A DNA stretch of 41,850 bases from an uncultured Chlorobiaceae bacterium (GCA_964353675.1 CAYGXH010000001.1:1-41850), one strand, 5' to 3'; shown: positions 9,524 to 18,181, counted from the first letter of the stretch. The notes: generated from the sequence alone by a model not told the origin. Numbers and translations are program-made.

Positions 9524-10795
9524 TCATTTGTTTATTTCACCAAAGGGATCATCATTCAGGCGATGGAGTATTTCTCCGGCTTTAGGGATATACAGGATGC
9601 CTTGCTTCTCTTGATTTTTCCATTCCTCCGGATTGATGCTCAACGGATCCCTGTAGCCGAGATTAATATGTTCACACATCTTTTCTGAAATACCGGTTGC
9701 CAGCACAACATTGATACGCGGCGATTCAACTCCGTCGGCGTAACTGCCAATTCCCTTCACGTGAGTCGAATGCGCAACAACACCTTTCGGAATATTTTTA
9801 AAAATATCCATCTGCTTTACGAAGTAATCACGGACGTGATATCCAATCCGCTCTATTATTGATCCGTGCGTCACGGAAATTTCTCTGATATGTGGTGCGT
9901 AGATAATTAACTCACCGCCGTCTGCGACTACAGGCTCAAGTTTATAAGCGCATTTCCCGCCTGTCCAGAGTTCATCGTACATACGAGGTGCACATGAGAG
10001 CACATTCGTAAAAGGGCGTTCCATGTACACAATGTGAATCTGATTGGAGAGATCCGCAGCGGCGGACCACGCCTCCTCAGGCGTACCGCAGTATAAACCT
10101 GCGAGATCGCTTCCGGTTACGACAAGACTCATGCAGAAGCGCTGTATCGTAACGAGTGCTGCAGCCGCATCGACTACCTCCCGCACAGGCGTCCACTTTT
10201 TGCCGATGATGCGCGGATTGGTGATCAACGCACCAAGCCAGTGAAACATATCGATGATTTCCTGCCCTGAAATTCCCGGAAACAGATATTTGTTTCCGCC
10301 AGAAAAACCTACCACTTCGTGCGGGAATGTGGGACCGATAATGAGAATAACATCATACTCGAACACAAGCTTGTTGATCGTAACATTCACCGGTTCTTTC
10401 ATCATGCCGCCGGATATTTCATCGATACGCGAAGCGCTGATAGCCCCGATCGAATGCAGATTGTTTTTATCTTTCCAGTTATGATTAAAAATCCGAGTCT
10501 TCGGGTACTTAGTACTACGCTCTCCGGGCTTAAGTCCCAGCCGTTTATCGATAGCTTCATCCGTCATGGGCGGATGAGTACCGAGAGCGATCAGAAAGTC
10601 GATAGCACTGCCTTGAGGTATCAGCGTTTCATAGAGTACCCTGAACATTACATCGATCGGAGCAGTCCTAGTATTATCGGGGATTACGGCAATGATTCGC
10701 TTGCCTGTTAACCTCTCGCGTTCAACGAATTCCGAGCAGATCCGTCGAATCTCTTCTTCCCTTAATATGGAATTAATCGAACCGTTGCCGATCAA
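9524..10795 (-). CDS. LarA-family (DUF2088) nickel-pincer-nucleotide-dependent 2-hydroxyacid racemase/epimerase homologue
   Basis: Motifs: IPDNTRT (D40-x-T-R43), ALGTHPPM (H74), FPHEVVGFSGGNKYLFPG (H159, K169), IIDMFHWLGA (H185). The H-to-K spacing of 10 and the K-to-H spacing of 16 equal those of L. plantarum LarA H174/K184/H200. TTG start with GGAG 6 nt upstream. No in-frame ATG or GTG lies further upstream before a stop. Confidence 0.75.
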   Translation of the reverse strand: MIGNGSINSILREEEIRRICSEFVERERLTGKRIIAVIPDNTRTAPIDVMFRVLYETLIPQGSAIDFLIALGTHPPMTDEAIDKRLGLKPGERSTKYPKTRIFNHNWKDKNNLHSIGAISASRIDEISGGMMKEPVNVTINKLVFEYDVILIIGPTFPHEVVGFSGGNKYLFPGISGQEIIDMFHWLGALITNPRIIGKKWTPVREVVDAAAALVTIQRFCMSLVVTGSDLAGLYCGTPEEAWSAAADLSNQIHIVYMERPFTNVLSCAPRMYDELWTGGKCAYKLEPVVADGGELIIYAPHIREISVTHGSIIERIGYHVRDYFVKQMDIFKNIPKGVVAHSTHVKGIGSYADGVESPRINVVLATGISEKMCEHINLGYRDPLSINPEEWKNQEKQGILYIPKAGEILHRLNDDPFGEINK

Positions 10796-10833
10796 CGCGA
10801 GCTCCGTTGGATTATACAGTACATAAAAATCAT

Positions 10834-12000
10834 TTATAGGTTACTTTTTCCGTTCACTGAAAAACCAATATTTCCGAGACATTGAACCAGTTCGGTCTGA
10901 GATTTTGCAATTTCAATATCAGTTGCAGCAAATTCCCGTCGCGTGGGATATTCGGCGCGAAGCTTACTAAAGTACTTTTTTCGTTCTTCCGGATTCAAGT
11001 TTAAAACCTTACGCAGGTTTGCATCATCGCTTTCAATATTGTAGCACTTTCCGACTATTTCCCGGAGCACTTTTATGTTATCGTTTTCCGGATTCCGTAG
11101 ACGTATTTTCGGTACATCCGGCGGTGGTAACTTACCCTCACTGTTCCAGGTCTGATTGGCTTTAAGATATCGGCAAACCGCTTCGTAGATGCTAACCGCC
11201 CCGTTTGTTTTACCCTCGACTGAATAACCGGCGATATGCGGTGTTCCAATGTCAATCATCTGCAAAATATCCCCATTAATATCCGGTTCGTTCTCCCACA
11301 CATCAAGCACTGCCGTACGGAGGTGATGTATGCGGAGTGCGTTCAGGAGCGCTTCGGTTTTTACCACCAGTCCACGTGAAGTATTGATAAGAATCGAATG
11401 AGGTTTCATCGCAGCGATGCGTTTCTCATCGAATAAATAATGGGTAGCATCGATTCCTTCATGCGTCAGCGGAACATGCAATGTGATAATGTCCGCATCC
11501 ATCAGGTCATCGAGTGAAACGAAATGTGGGTCGCCGTCCATACGTTGAAGCGGGGGATCATTCTGCAGTACTCTCATTCCGAGCGCAGTCGCTTTTCGGA
11601 CAACCTTGCTCCCCACATTTCCTACGCCGACGACACCTAGCGTGGTATGTCGAAGGTCAAGTCCCGATCGTTGCGCCAGCACGAAGATTGCCGCAACAAT
11701 ATATTCAGCTACAGAATTTGAGTTGCAGCCGGGAGCGTACGCAAACCGTATTCCCTTTGAAGAGAGGTATTGGAGAGCAACGTGATCATACCCGCTCGTA
11801 GCAGTACCAATAAATCGCACCTTGCTGCCTTCCAGCAATTCTTTACCTATTTTCGTAACGGAGCGTACTATAAGGAAGTCCGCATCGTGGACGGTCTTCG
11901 GAGTGATTGCCTGGCCGTCGACGAGGCGCACTTGTGCTATGCCGCTGTACATCGACTCAACGAAAGGAATATTTGCATCTGCCACGATCAAAGTGTTCAT
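10834..12000 (-). CDS. pdxB: 4-phosphoerythronate dehydrogenase-type D-2-hydroxyacid dehydrogenase
   Basis: Colinear with E. coli PdxB along its length: LIVRSVTKIGKELLEGSKVRFIGTATSGYDHV, APGCNSNSVAEY, VVGVGNVGSKV, DVWENEP, IGTPHIAGYS. The PdxB-specific C-terminal dimerisation domain is also present (YNIESDDANLRKV, FSKLRAEYPTRREF). Confidence 0.8.
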   Translation of the reverse strand: MNTLIVADANIPFVESMYSGIAQVRLVDGQAITPKTVHDADFLIVRSVTKIGKELLEGSKVRFIGTATSGYDHVALQYLSSKGIRFAYAPGCNSNSVAEYIVAAIFVLAQRSGLDLRHTTLGVVGVGNVGSKVVRKATALGMRVLQNDPPLQRMDGDPHFVSLDDLMDADIITLHVPLTHEGIDATHYLFDEKRIAAMKPHSILINTSRGLVVKTEALLNALRIHHLRTAVLDVWENEPDINGDILQMIDIGTPHIAGYSVEGKTNGAVSIYEAVCRYLKANQTWNSEGKLPPPDVPKIRLRNPENDNIKVLREIVGKCYNIESDDANLRKVLNLNPEERKKYFSKLRAEYPTRREFAATDIEIAKSQTELVQCLGNIGFSVNGKSNL

Positions 12001-12006
12001 ATTAAC

Positions 12007-13467
12007 TTATGCAGTATAAACTGATGATGCAGTATCTCCGCCATGGCCCGTCCAATTTGTATGGAAAAATTTTCCGCGTGGAGTATCAATTCGTTCGTAT
12101 TGATGGGCACCGAAGTAATCCCGTTGCGCCTGCAGAAGGTTTGCGGGCAACCGGCCGCAGCGCAATCCGTCGTAGAACGCAAGCGCTGTGGCATGTGCCG
12201 GAATCCAGATTCCGTGAGTCATAGCAGTTGCAATAACCCGGCGCCATCCGTCCTGCGCTTGCTTCATTTTCTCCTGGAAAAACCGATCAAAGAGAAGGTT
12301 TGATAAATTTGGTTCACGTTCGAATGCTTCTTTGATCTTGCCTAGAAAAACCGATCTGATGATACAGCCGCCCCGCCAGAGAAGCGCGATCCCGCCAAAG
12401 TTCAATTTCCATCCATACTCTTTCGCTGCTTCCTGCATGAGCATATATCCCTGTGTATATGAGACGAGCTTGGAGGCGTACAGCGCTTTTTCGAGGTCAT
12501 TTATAAAAGTTACCCTATCAACTACCGGATGCATGGCCGGACCGGCCAGTTCTTTGGATGCTTTCACGCGTTCATCTTTCATTGCTGAAAGGCAGCGTGC
12601 CAAAACTGCTTCGCTGATGAGAGTGAGTGGTATACCCAGGTCAAATGCAGCCACACTTGCCCACTTGCCGGTACCTTTCTGGCCTGCGGTATCGAGTATT
12701 TTTTCTATCAGGGGTGTTCCGTCGGTGTCCTTATGTGCAAGAATATCCCGGGTGATCTCAATGAGGTAGCTGTTCAGATCACCCTCATTCCATTTCCTGA
12801 ATACCTCATGCATTTCATCCGCCGTCATTCCGAGGAGAACCTTCATCATGTGATATGACTCGGCGATCAGCTGCATATCCCCGTACTCAATACCATTGTG
12901 CACCATTTTTACAAAATGTCCGGCTCCGTCGCTTCCTACCCAATCACAGCACGGCGTCCCGTCGGCAACCTTAGCGGCAATCTTCTGGAAGATCGGTTTC
13001 ACATGCTCCCACGCCTGCGGTGAACCGCCCGGCATAATTGAAGGTCCCTTCAGAGCGCCTTCCTCGCCGCCTGATATTCCCGTCCCGATGAAGGAATATC
13101 CCTTACTTTCGAGGTATTTTACTCTACGAATTGTATCGGGGAAATGTGAATTGCCGCCATCAATCAGGATATCATTCGTCTGCAAAAACGGGAGAATCTT
13201 CTCTATTATATCATCGACGGCTTTGCCGGCAGGGACCATAAGCAGAATTCTGCGGGGTTTTTTCAGTGATTTGCAGAGCTCATTAACTGAACTCACAGTG
13301 ATGATACTTTTACCGGCTGCAGCTCCCGCCATGAACTTACCGGCTTTCGATAAATCGAGGTCAAATCCGGCAACGGAGAAACCTTTACTTGCCATGTTGA
13401 GGGCAAGGTTTTGTCCCATGACACCCAAACCTACAATTCCTATATCTGCATTATTCATTATCATCAT
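12007..13467 (-). CDS. gnd: 6-phosphogluconate dehydrogenase, decarboxylating
   Basis: IGIVGLGVMGQNLALNMASKGF (NADP Rossmann), GHFVKMVHNGIEYGDMQLIAE (6PGD signature), LLQAQRDYFGAHQYERID. The stop lies 6 nt before the pdxB start. Confidence 0.95.
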   Translation of the reverse strand: MMIMNNADIGIVGLGVMGQNLALNMASKGFSVAGFDLDLSKAGKFMAGAAAGKSIITVSSVNELCKSLKKPRRILLMVPAGKAVDDIIEKILPFLQTNDILIDGGNSHFPDTIRRVKYLESKGYSFIGTGISGGEEGALKGPSIMPGGSPQAWEHVKPIFQKIAAKVADGTPCCDWVGSDGAGHFVKMVHNGIEYGDMQLIAESYHMMKVLLGMTADEMHEVFRKWNEGDLNSYLIEITRDILAHKDTDGTPLIEKILDTAGQKGTGKWASVAAFDLGIPLTLISEAVLARCLSAMKDERVKASKELAGPAMHPVVDRVTFINDLEKALYASKLVSYTQGYMLMQEAAKEYGWKLNFGGIALLWRGGCIIRSVFLGKIKEAFEREPNLSNLLFDRFFQEKMKQAQDGWRRVIATAMTHGIWIPAHATALAFYDGLRCGRLPANLLQAQRDYFGAHQYERIDTPRGKFFHTNWTGHGGDTASSVYTA

Positions 13468-13488
13468 CCTTTTAAAAGAGCATACAAG

Positions 13489-14322
13489 TTACACACCGCT
13501 GTAAGCAGAAAATCCGCCGTCCACCGGTAAAATAATGCCTGTCACAAAAGACGACAGCGGTGACAGCAGCCAGAGTGTTGCACCAAACAGATCGGCCGGG
13601 TCGCCGAATTTACCCATGGGTGTGTGATCAAGAATTTTTTTACCACGCTCCGTCAGTTGTCCGGTGTCCTTATCGGTCAGTAGAAATCTGTTCTGTGCCG
13701 TAAGGAAAAATCCGGGAGCAATAGCATTCACGCGAATATTGGGTGAATACTCCTGCGCCATATGGACAGCCAGCCACTGTGTGAAGTTACTGACGCCTGC
13801 CTTTGCAGCCGAGTACGCTGCAATTCGTGTGAGCGGCCTGAATGAATTCATGGAGGAAATATTTACGATAGTTCCTTTCTTGCGCTCTGCCATGTGCCGC
13901 CCGACGATCTGCGAGGGAATGATAGTTCCCATAATATTCAGATCGAAAACAAATTTCATTGCTTCCGGAGGGAGATCAAAGAATGACGCAGTCGGATTAG
14001 TGGTTGCTTTCGGATTATTACCTCCCGCTCCGTTGATGAGCGCATCGATCTTCCCGAATTCTTTAAGAACCTCATCCATTGCTCTCTTCATCATTTCAGG
14101 CTGCAAGACATCACCGTTGACGACGATAGCTCTGCCAACTTTCGAATCGAACCTTTTCACAACCTGCTCTGCCATGGCAGGGTCGCGATCTATGATTGCC
14201 ACGTTTGCATTACAACCGGCGAGCAGACAGGCCATCTCGCCGCAGAGTACACCGCCACCCCCTGTGATAATGACCGTATAATCCGTGAAATCGTATGCTT
14301 TACTCACATCCGCGAGATTCAT
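13489..14322 (-). CDS. uxuB: SDR-type fructuronate reductase / D-mannonate oxidoreductase-like
   Basis: VIITGGGGVLCGEMA, INGAGGNNPKATT, NISSMNSFRPLTRIAAYSAAKAG, VNAIAPGFFLTAQNRFLL and PVDGGFSAYSG match the classical-SDR mannonate-reductase subgroup seen in Bacteroidota uxu loci (recalled, not searched). Confidence 0.65.
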   Translation of the reverse strand: MNLADVSKAYDFTDYTVIITGGGGVLCGEMACLLAGCNANVAIIDRDPAMAEQVVKRFDSKVGRAIVVNGDVLQPEMMKRAMDEVLKEFGKIDALINGAGGNNPKATTNPTASFFDLPPEAMKFVFDLNIMGTIIPSQIVGRHMAERKKGTIVNISSMNSFRPLTRIAAYSAAKAGVSNFTQWLAVHMAQEYSPNIRVNAIAPGFFLTAQNRFLLTDKDTGQLTERGKKILDHTPMGKFGDPADLFGATLWLLSPLSSFVTGIILPVDGGFSAYSGV

Positions 14323-14355
14323 AATATGATCCTTCTTTCGATAAAGTGATGTTTG

Positions 14356-15675
14356 TTACAATTCGAGTTTCACCGGTTCAATTTTTGGAACTAAGAGGTG
14401 AAAAATTCCGAGCGCCAACAAATATGCAGATCCTGAGATGATAAAGAGTATCATGTAGCTGCCCGTCAATTCCAGGATATACCCCGCTATTGTAGAGATG
14501 AGCATTCCTCCCACAGCGCCTGCCATTCCCCCGATCCCAACGATGGACCCGACGGCTTTCTTAGGAAACATATCAGATACGGTCGTGAATATATTTGCCG
14601 ACCATCCCTGGTGTGCAGCTGCTGCCAGGCCAATCAGTCCGACGGCAATCCACATATTTGATGCAAAACTTGCCGTTACGATCGGTACGATGCAGATTGC
14701 ACAAATCAGCATTACTAATTTCCGCGATCGGTTAATCGGCATTCCTCGTTTTATGAAGGCAGACGACAACCATCCGCCGCCGATGCTTCCGACCGTTGTC
14801 ATCATATAGATGACGATGAGCGGAAGACCTAATTGCGAGATATTCAAACCATAATTCGAATTAAGGAACTTCGGCAGCCAGTACAGATAGAACCACCAAA
14901 TAGGGTCGGTGAGGAATTTCCCAACCACGAACGCCCATGTTTGCCGGTAACCGAGCAAACGCTTCCATGGAATTTTTCCTACTTCTTGTTCCTCAGGATC
15001 AGAGAGAATGTGATCTAGTTCCGACTTACTGATTCGTTTGTGCAGTTCCGGTTTCTCATACAGAAGCCACCAAAAAATGACCCAAATAAAACCTATTGCC
15101 CCCGTTACAATGAATGCCATCTGCCACCCGTAGCTTATCGTCAGCCACGGGACGACAAGAGGTGCGAATACTGCGCCGATATTCGCACCAGAATTAAAAA
15201 TACCGGTTGCGAGAGCCCTTTCCTTCTTTGGGAACCACTCTGCGGTTGCCTTAATTGCCGCGGGGAAATTAGCCGACTCACCGATACCAAGCGCAAATCG
15301 GGCGGTAGCAAAACCAAAGGCCGTCTTCACCAGCGAATGTCCCATTGCAGCCAGACTCCAGACCACAATGGCTACCGTAAATCCAATTTTTGTTCCGTAC
15401 TTATCGATCAACCGTCCGGCAAACAACAAACCGATTGCATACGCGGCTTGAAAAGCGACAACTATGTAACCGTATTCGATTTCATTCCATCCGATCTCTT
15501 TTCCGAGTACCGGGGCAAGAATTCCGAGTATCTGCCGATCTATATAGTTCACTGTTGTTGCAAAGAAAAGCAACGCGCAAATACTCCAGCGAAGATTCCC
15601 GACCTTTTGTGTTACAGCTGTATTTTTATCGGAGTTCGTATATTGTTGTTCCTGTTGTGTCATAGATATTTTCAT
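14356..15675 (-). CDS. exuT: MFS hexuronate transporter (ExuT / ACS family)
   Basis: Hydrophobic 12-TM profile. NYIDRQILGILAPVLGKEIGW and the GRLIDKYGTK loop are typical of ExuT-like permeases. Its start is 1 nt after the stop of the upstream gene. Confidence 0.85.
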   Translation of the reverse strand: MKISMTQQEQQYTNSDKNTAVTQKVGNLRWSICALLFFATTVNYIDRQILGILAPVLGKEIGWNEIEYGYIVVAFQAAYAIGLLFAGRLIDKYGTKIGFTVAIVVWSLAAMGHSLVKTAFGFATARFALGIGESANFPAAIKATAEWFPKKERALATGIFNSGANIGAVFAPLVVPWLTISYGWQMAFIVTGAIGFIWVIFWWLLYEKPELHKRISKSELDHILSDPEEQEVGKIPWKRLLGYRQTWAFVVGKFLTDPIWWFYLYWLPKFLNSNYGLNISQLGLPLIVIYMMTTVGSIGGGWLSSAFIKRGMPINRSRKLVMLICAICIVPIVTASFASNMWIAVGLIGLAAAAHQGWSANIFTTVSDMFPKKAVGSIVGIGGMAGAVGGMLISTIAGYILELTGSYMILFIISGSAYLLALGIFHLLVPKIEPVKLEL

Positions 15676-15676
15676 A

Positions 15677-18181
15677 TTATTTAAGAATGATCAATTTCCG
15701 TGTTTGTGTGAAGTTACCTACGCTCAACCGGTAAAAGTACATTCCACTCTGTACACCCTCCGCATTCCAATGGACAGTGTACTCACCCGGCTGTTTTAGT
15801 TCATTCATCAGCGTAGCCACTTCCCTCCCCAGCATATCGAAAACTTTCAACGTCACAAATGATCCGCCAGAAAGCTGGCGGGCAGGCAAATGACCCGCCT
15901 GCGTTCCGGGTGTATACTGGCTAACTTCGGCGGGCAGGCCAATGACAAATGATATTTTAGTTGTCGGATTAAAAGGATTCGGGTAATTCTGATCAAGATA
16001 ATATGAAGAAACAGAATTCCCGACCATTGTCTCATCACTACCGGGCGGCGGCGGCGGAGTATCTGCGGGCATCTCTGTTCTGATCCGGTTTTGAGCCAAT
16101 ATCTTCCCTCCGCCGGATAAGATGAGTTTTCCGGTTTGAGGCGCTTTAACCCAATATCCCTTTCCCGGATACATTGTATCAGAACTTACGTAACTTCCGG
16201 TATAAGTAAGGAATCCGCTTGTGACCATACCGGGTGGATCACTGGTAATATTAAGGACAAAAATTGGGATGCTGAGGGCACCGATCATATTCCATCCTAC
16301 AGAAACATTTACTGTATCATTCAGATTTGGGGTGCCCCAGACCTTTATATTTTCTTCCTGTGAGAACCTTAGCCAGTATCCGATAGCACATTCGATGGTA
16401 TCTCTCTGAACATAGGTACCTTCAAACGTAAATGCTGCTGATTCAGACGTTGGGAACAGATTGATTTTCCTCGGATCTTCCGATACCGAAGGAAGGGAAA
16501 CCATATTCCATCCCTCATATACAGTAAATATTACACTGTCCTGTCCGAAATGTGCGGTTATATTCTTATCCGCATCCATCGTGACGGTTATCGGATTCTC
16601 CGATCCGCCGGCATCACCGCTCCAACCAATAAAGCTAAATCCGACATCGGGTATTGCCGTCAGTTGAACATTTGTACCATGTTCGAAGATAGTATCCTCG
16701 GGATCTTTTAATATGATCCCATTTTCGGCGCTGATCGTAAGTGTATAGGTATTGATGGAAAATGTTACGCGGATTGCATGATTTCCCTGAACATCGCTAA
16801 AAGTATAGAGTGAAACCTGACCTATGTAAACATCATCAACAATCACACTATCGACATGATAACCGGTATCCGGAGTGAAGTTGAAGGTAGTATCATTTCC
16901 CTGCGGCACTGTAATCATACCTGATGGTGTTATCTGACCGTGTATTCCGGCTGATGCCGTGATTGTATAGGAGAGAGGGTTCGTTCCGCTTTCTAACGCG
17001 CCCAAATCCGGTCCGATACCGTTGTACGGAAATCCGACGTCAGTACCGCTATTGATGAGATCGCTTCCCGTCGCCAACCGCAGAAAATCATTTGTCGAAA
17101 GGGTTCCGTCACTATTGCGGGGTGCATGTGCAAGTGAAGTATCAGTGCTAAGAAAATCATCGGCGGCTACGGTGAATCCCTGCCAACTGTTTGTGGTTTG
17201 AACAGCGCCCGTGTTTATCGAAATGTTACCCGACCCGGAGATGTTGTTGATCAGAGTATCCTGCCCAACGCCAGGTGTTTCCGCGAAGGCAAAGTTATTC
17301 CCTCCGTTTCGCCACGCTGTATTATTATAGAGAGTTACACCTGCAGTATTGTGGTTTTGATCAAATCCTTTGGATTTATTATCAAAAGCGATACTGTGAG
17401 TAACACGGTGGGCTGCAGGGATGTAATTACCGCCAACCTTTATACCATTGCCATCCCCCTGGAAAGAGAGGTCACCCCAAATATTATACCCATTGTGGAA
17501 TGCCCAGCAGCTGTCTATGAGTACTCCATTCTGTCCTTCATAGAGATCCCATCCATCGTCTGAATTGTTCCATGCCCGGCAGCCATGGAATTCATTTCCC
17601 GGTCCGATATCAAGCTTTGGTGCAAATCCATCGGCGTTCTCACCATGCGTTAATGAATCGTAATTATCATACGAATCACAATTAACCACTACATTGTAAC
17701 CGCCCCCTCCGCTTATTTGTAATCCCGTATCTTTGTTTTTATATAGTGTGCAGTTTACAACTATATTATAATCTCCGGTGATGTATATCCCGTTATCCCC
17801 TGCATATCGTATTGTTAGTCCCTGAATATGCCAATAGTCTCTTGATACATACAATCCCCGCGAGGATGAAGAATAAGATTGGAGGGCAAAGTCGAGAATT
17901 GGAGTTTCCCCAGGATAAGCCCAGAGTTTAATATGCTGACCGGAAAGACCGCTAATACCGGTTTGAATAGTAGTTGAAATATTATATATCCCGTCACGGA
18001 GATATATCAGATCCCCGGCAGACACAACGCTCATAGCTTTCTGGATTGTTCTATAAGGATGATCGATTGAACCATCACTCGAGTCACTACCCGTGGGGGA
18101 CACATAAATCTGAGTAAATGATAACGTTGAAAGGAGCATTAACAACAGGAGTATAAACGTAAATCTTTTTTTCATAACCAC
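15677..18181 (-). CDS. Secreted right-handed beta-helix polysaccharide lyase-like protein (PL9-like), T9SS cargo
   Basis: Signal peptide from ATG 18175 (MKKRFTFILLLLMLLSTLSF). N-terminal IYVSPTGSDSSDGSIDHPYRTIQKAMSVVSAGDLIYLRDGIYN. Core HGENADGFAPKLDIGPGNEFHGCRAWNNSDDGWDL...GDGNGIKVGGN resembles PL9 pectate lyases. Two Ig/InlB-B-like repeats follow, then the GWNM module, a PPPPP linker and the NYPNPFNPTT sorting domain. Confidence 0.6.
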   Translation of the reverse strand: MVMKKRFTFILLLLMLLSTLSFTQIYVSPTGSDSSDGSIDHPYRTIQKAMSVVSAGDLIYLRDGIYNISTTIQTGISGLSGQHIKLWAYPGETPILDFALQSYSSSSRGLYVSRDYWHIQGLTIRYAGDNGIYITGDYNIVVNCTLYKNKDTGLQISGGGGYNVVVNCDSYDNYDSLTHGENADGFAPKLDIGPGNEFHGCRAWNNSDDGWDLYEGQNGVLIDSCWAFHNGYNIWGDLSFQGDGNGIKVGGNYIPAAHRVTHSIAFDNKSKGFDQNHNTAGVTLYNNTAWRNGGNNFAFAETPGVGQDTLINNISGSGNISINTGAVQTTNSWQGFTVAADDFLSTDTSLAHAPRNSDGTLSTNDFLRLATGSDLINSGTDVGFPYNGIGPDLGALESGTNPLSYTITASAGIHGQITPSGMITVPQGNDTTFNFTPDTGYHVDSVIVDDVYIGQVSLYTFSDVQGNHAIRVTFSINTYTLTISAENGIILKDPEDTIFEHGTNVQLTAIPDVGFSFIGWSGDAGGSENPITVTMDADKNITAHFGQDSVIFTVYEGWNMVSLPSVSEDPRKINLFPTSESAAFTFEGTYVQRDTIECAIGYWLRFSQEENIKVWGTPNLNDTVNVSVGWNMIGALSIPIFVLNITSDPPGMVTSGFLTYTGSYVSSDTMYPGKGYWVKAPQTGKLILSGGGKILAQNRIRTEMPADTPPPPPGSDETMVGNSVSSYYLDQNYPNPFNPTTKISFVIGLPAEVSQYTPGTQAGHLPARQLSGGSFVTLKVFDMLGREVATLMNELKQPGEYTVHWNAEGVQSGMYFYRLSVGNFTQTRKLIILK
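15680..15988 (-). other. T9SS C-terminal sorting domain (type A) with an insertion of about 20 aa
   Basis: NYPNPFNPTTKISFVIGLP[AEVSQYTPGTQAGHLPARQLSGGS]FVTLKVFDMLGREV...GMYFYRLSVGNFTQTRKLIILK. Confidence 0.8.
15959..16513 (-). repeat. Diverged third copy of the GWNM...GYW(L/V)K two-fold module plus poly-Pro linker
   Basis: GWNMVSLPSV...AIGYWLRF...GWNMIGALS...GKGYWVKA...PPPPP. It aligns with the copies at 21665..22222 and 26437..26994. Confidence 0.7.

Noticed and set aside
6749-15684. Series of 200-220-aa plus-strand ORFs (6749..7411, 12896..13504, 13664..14281, 15040..15684)
   Set aside because: Each is antisense to a confidently identified gene (uxaC, gnd, SDR, exuT). None has domain motifs. 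They reflect the scarcity of stop codons opposite these coding regions.
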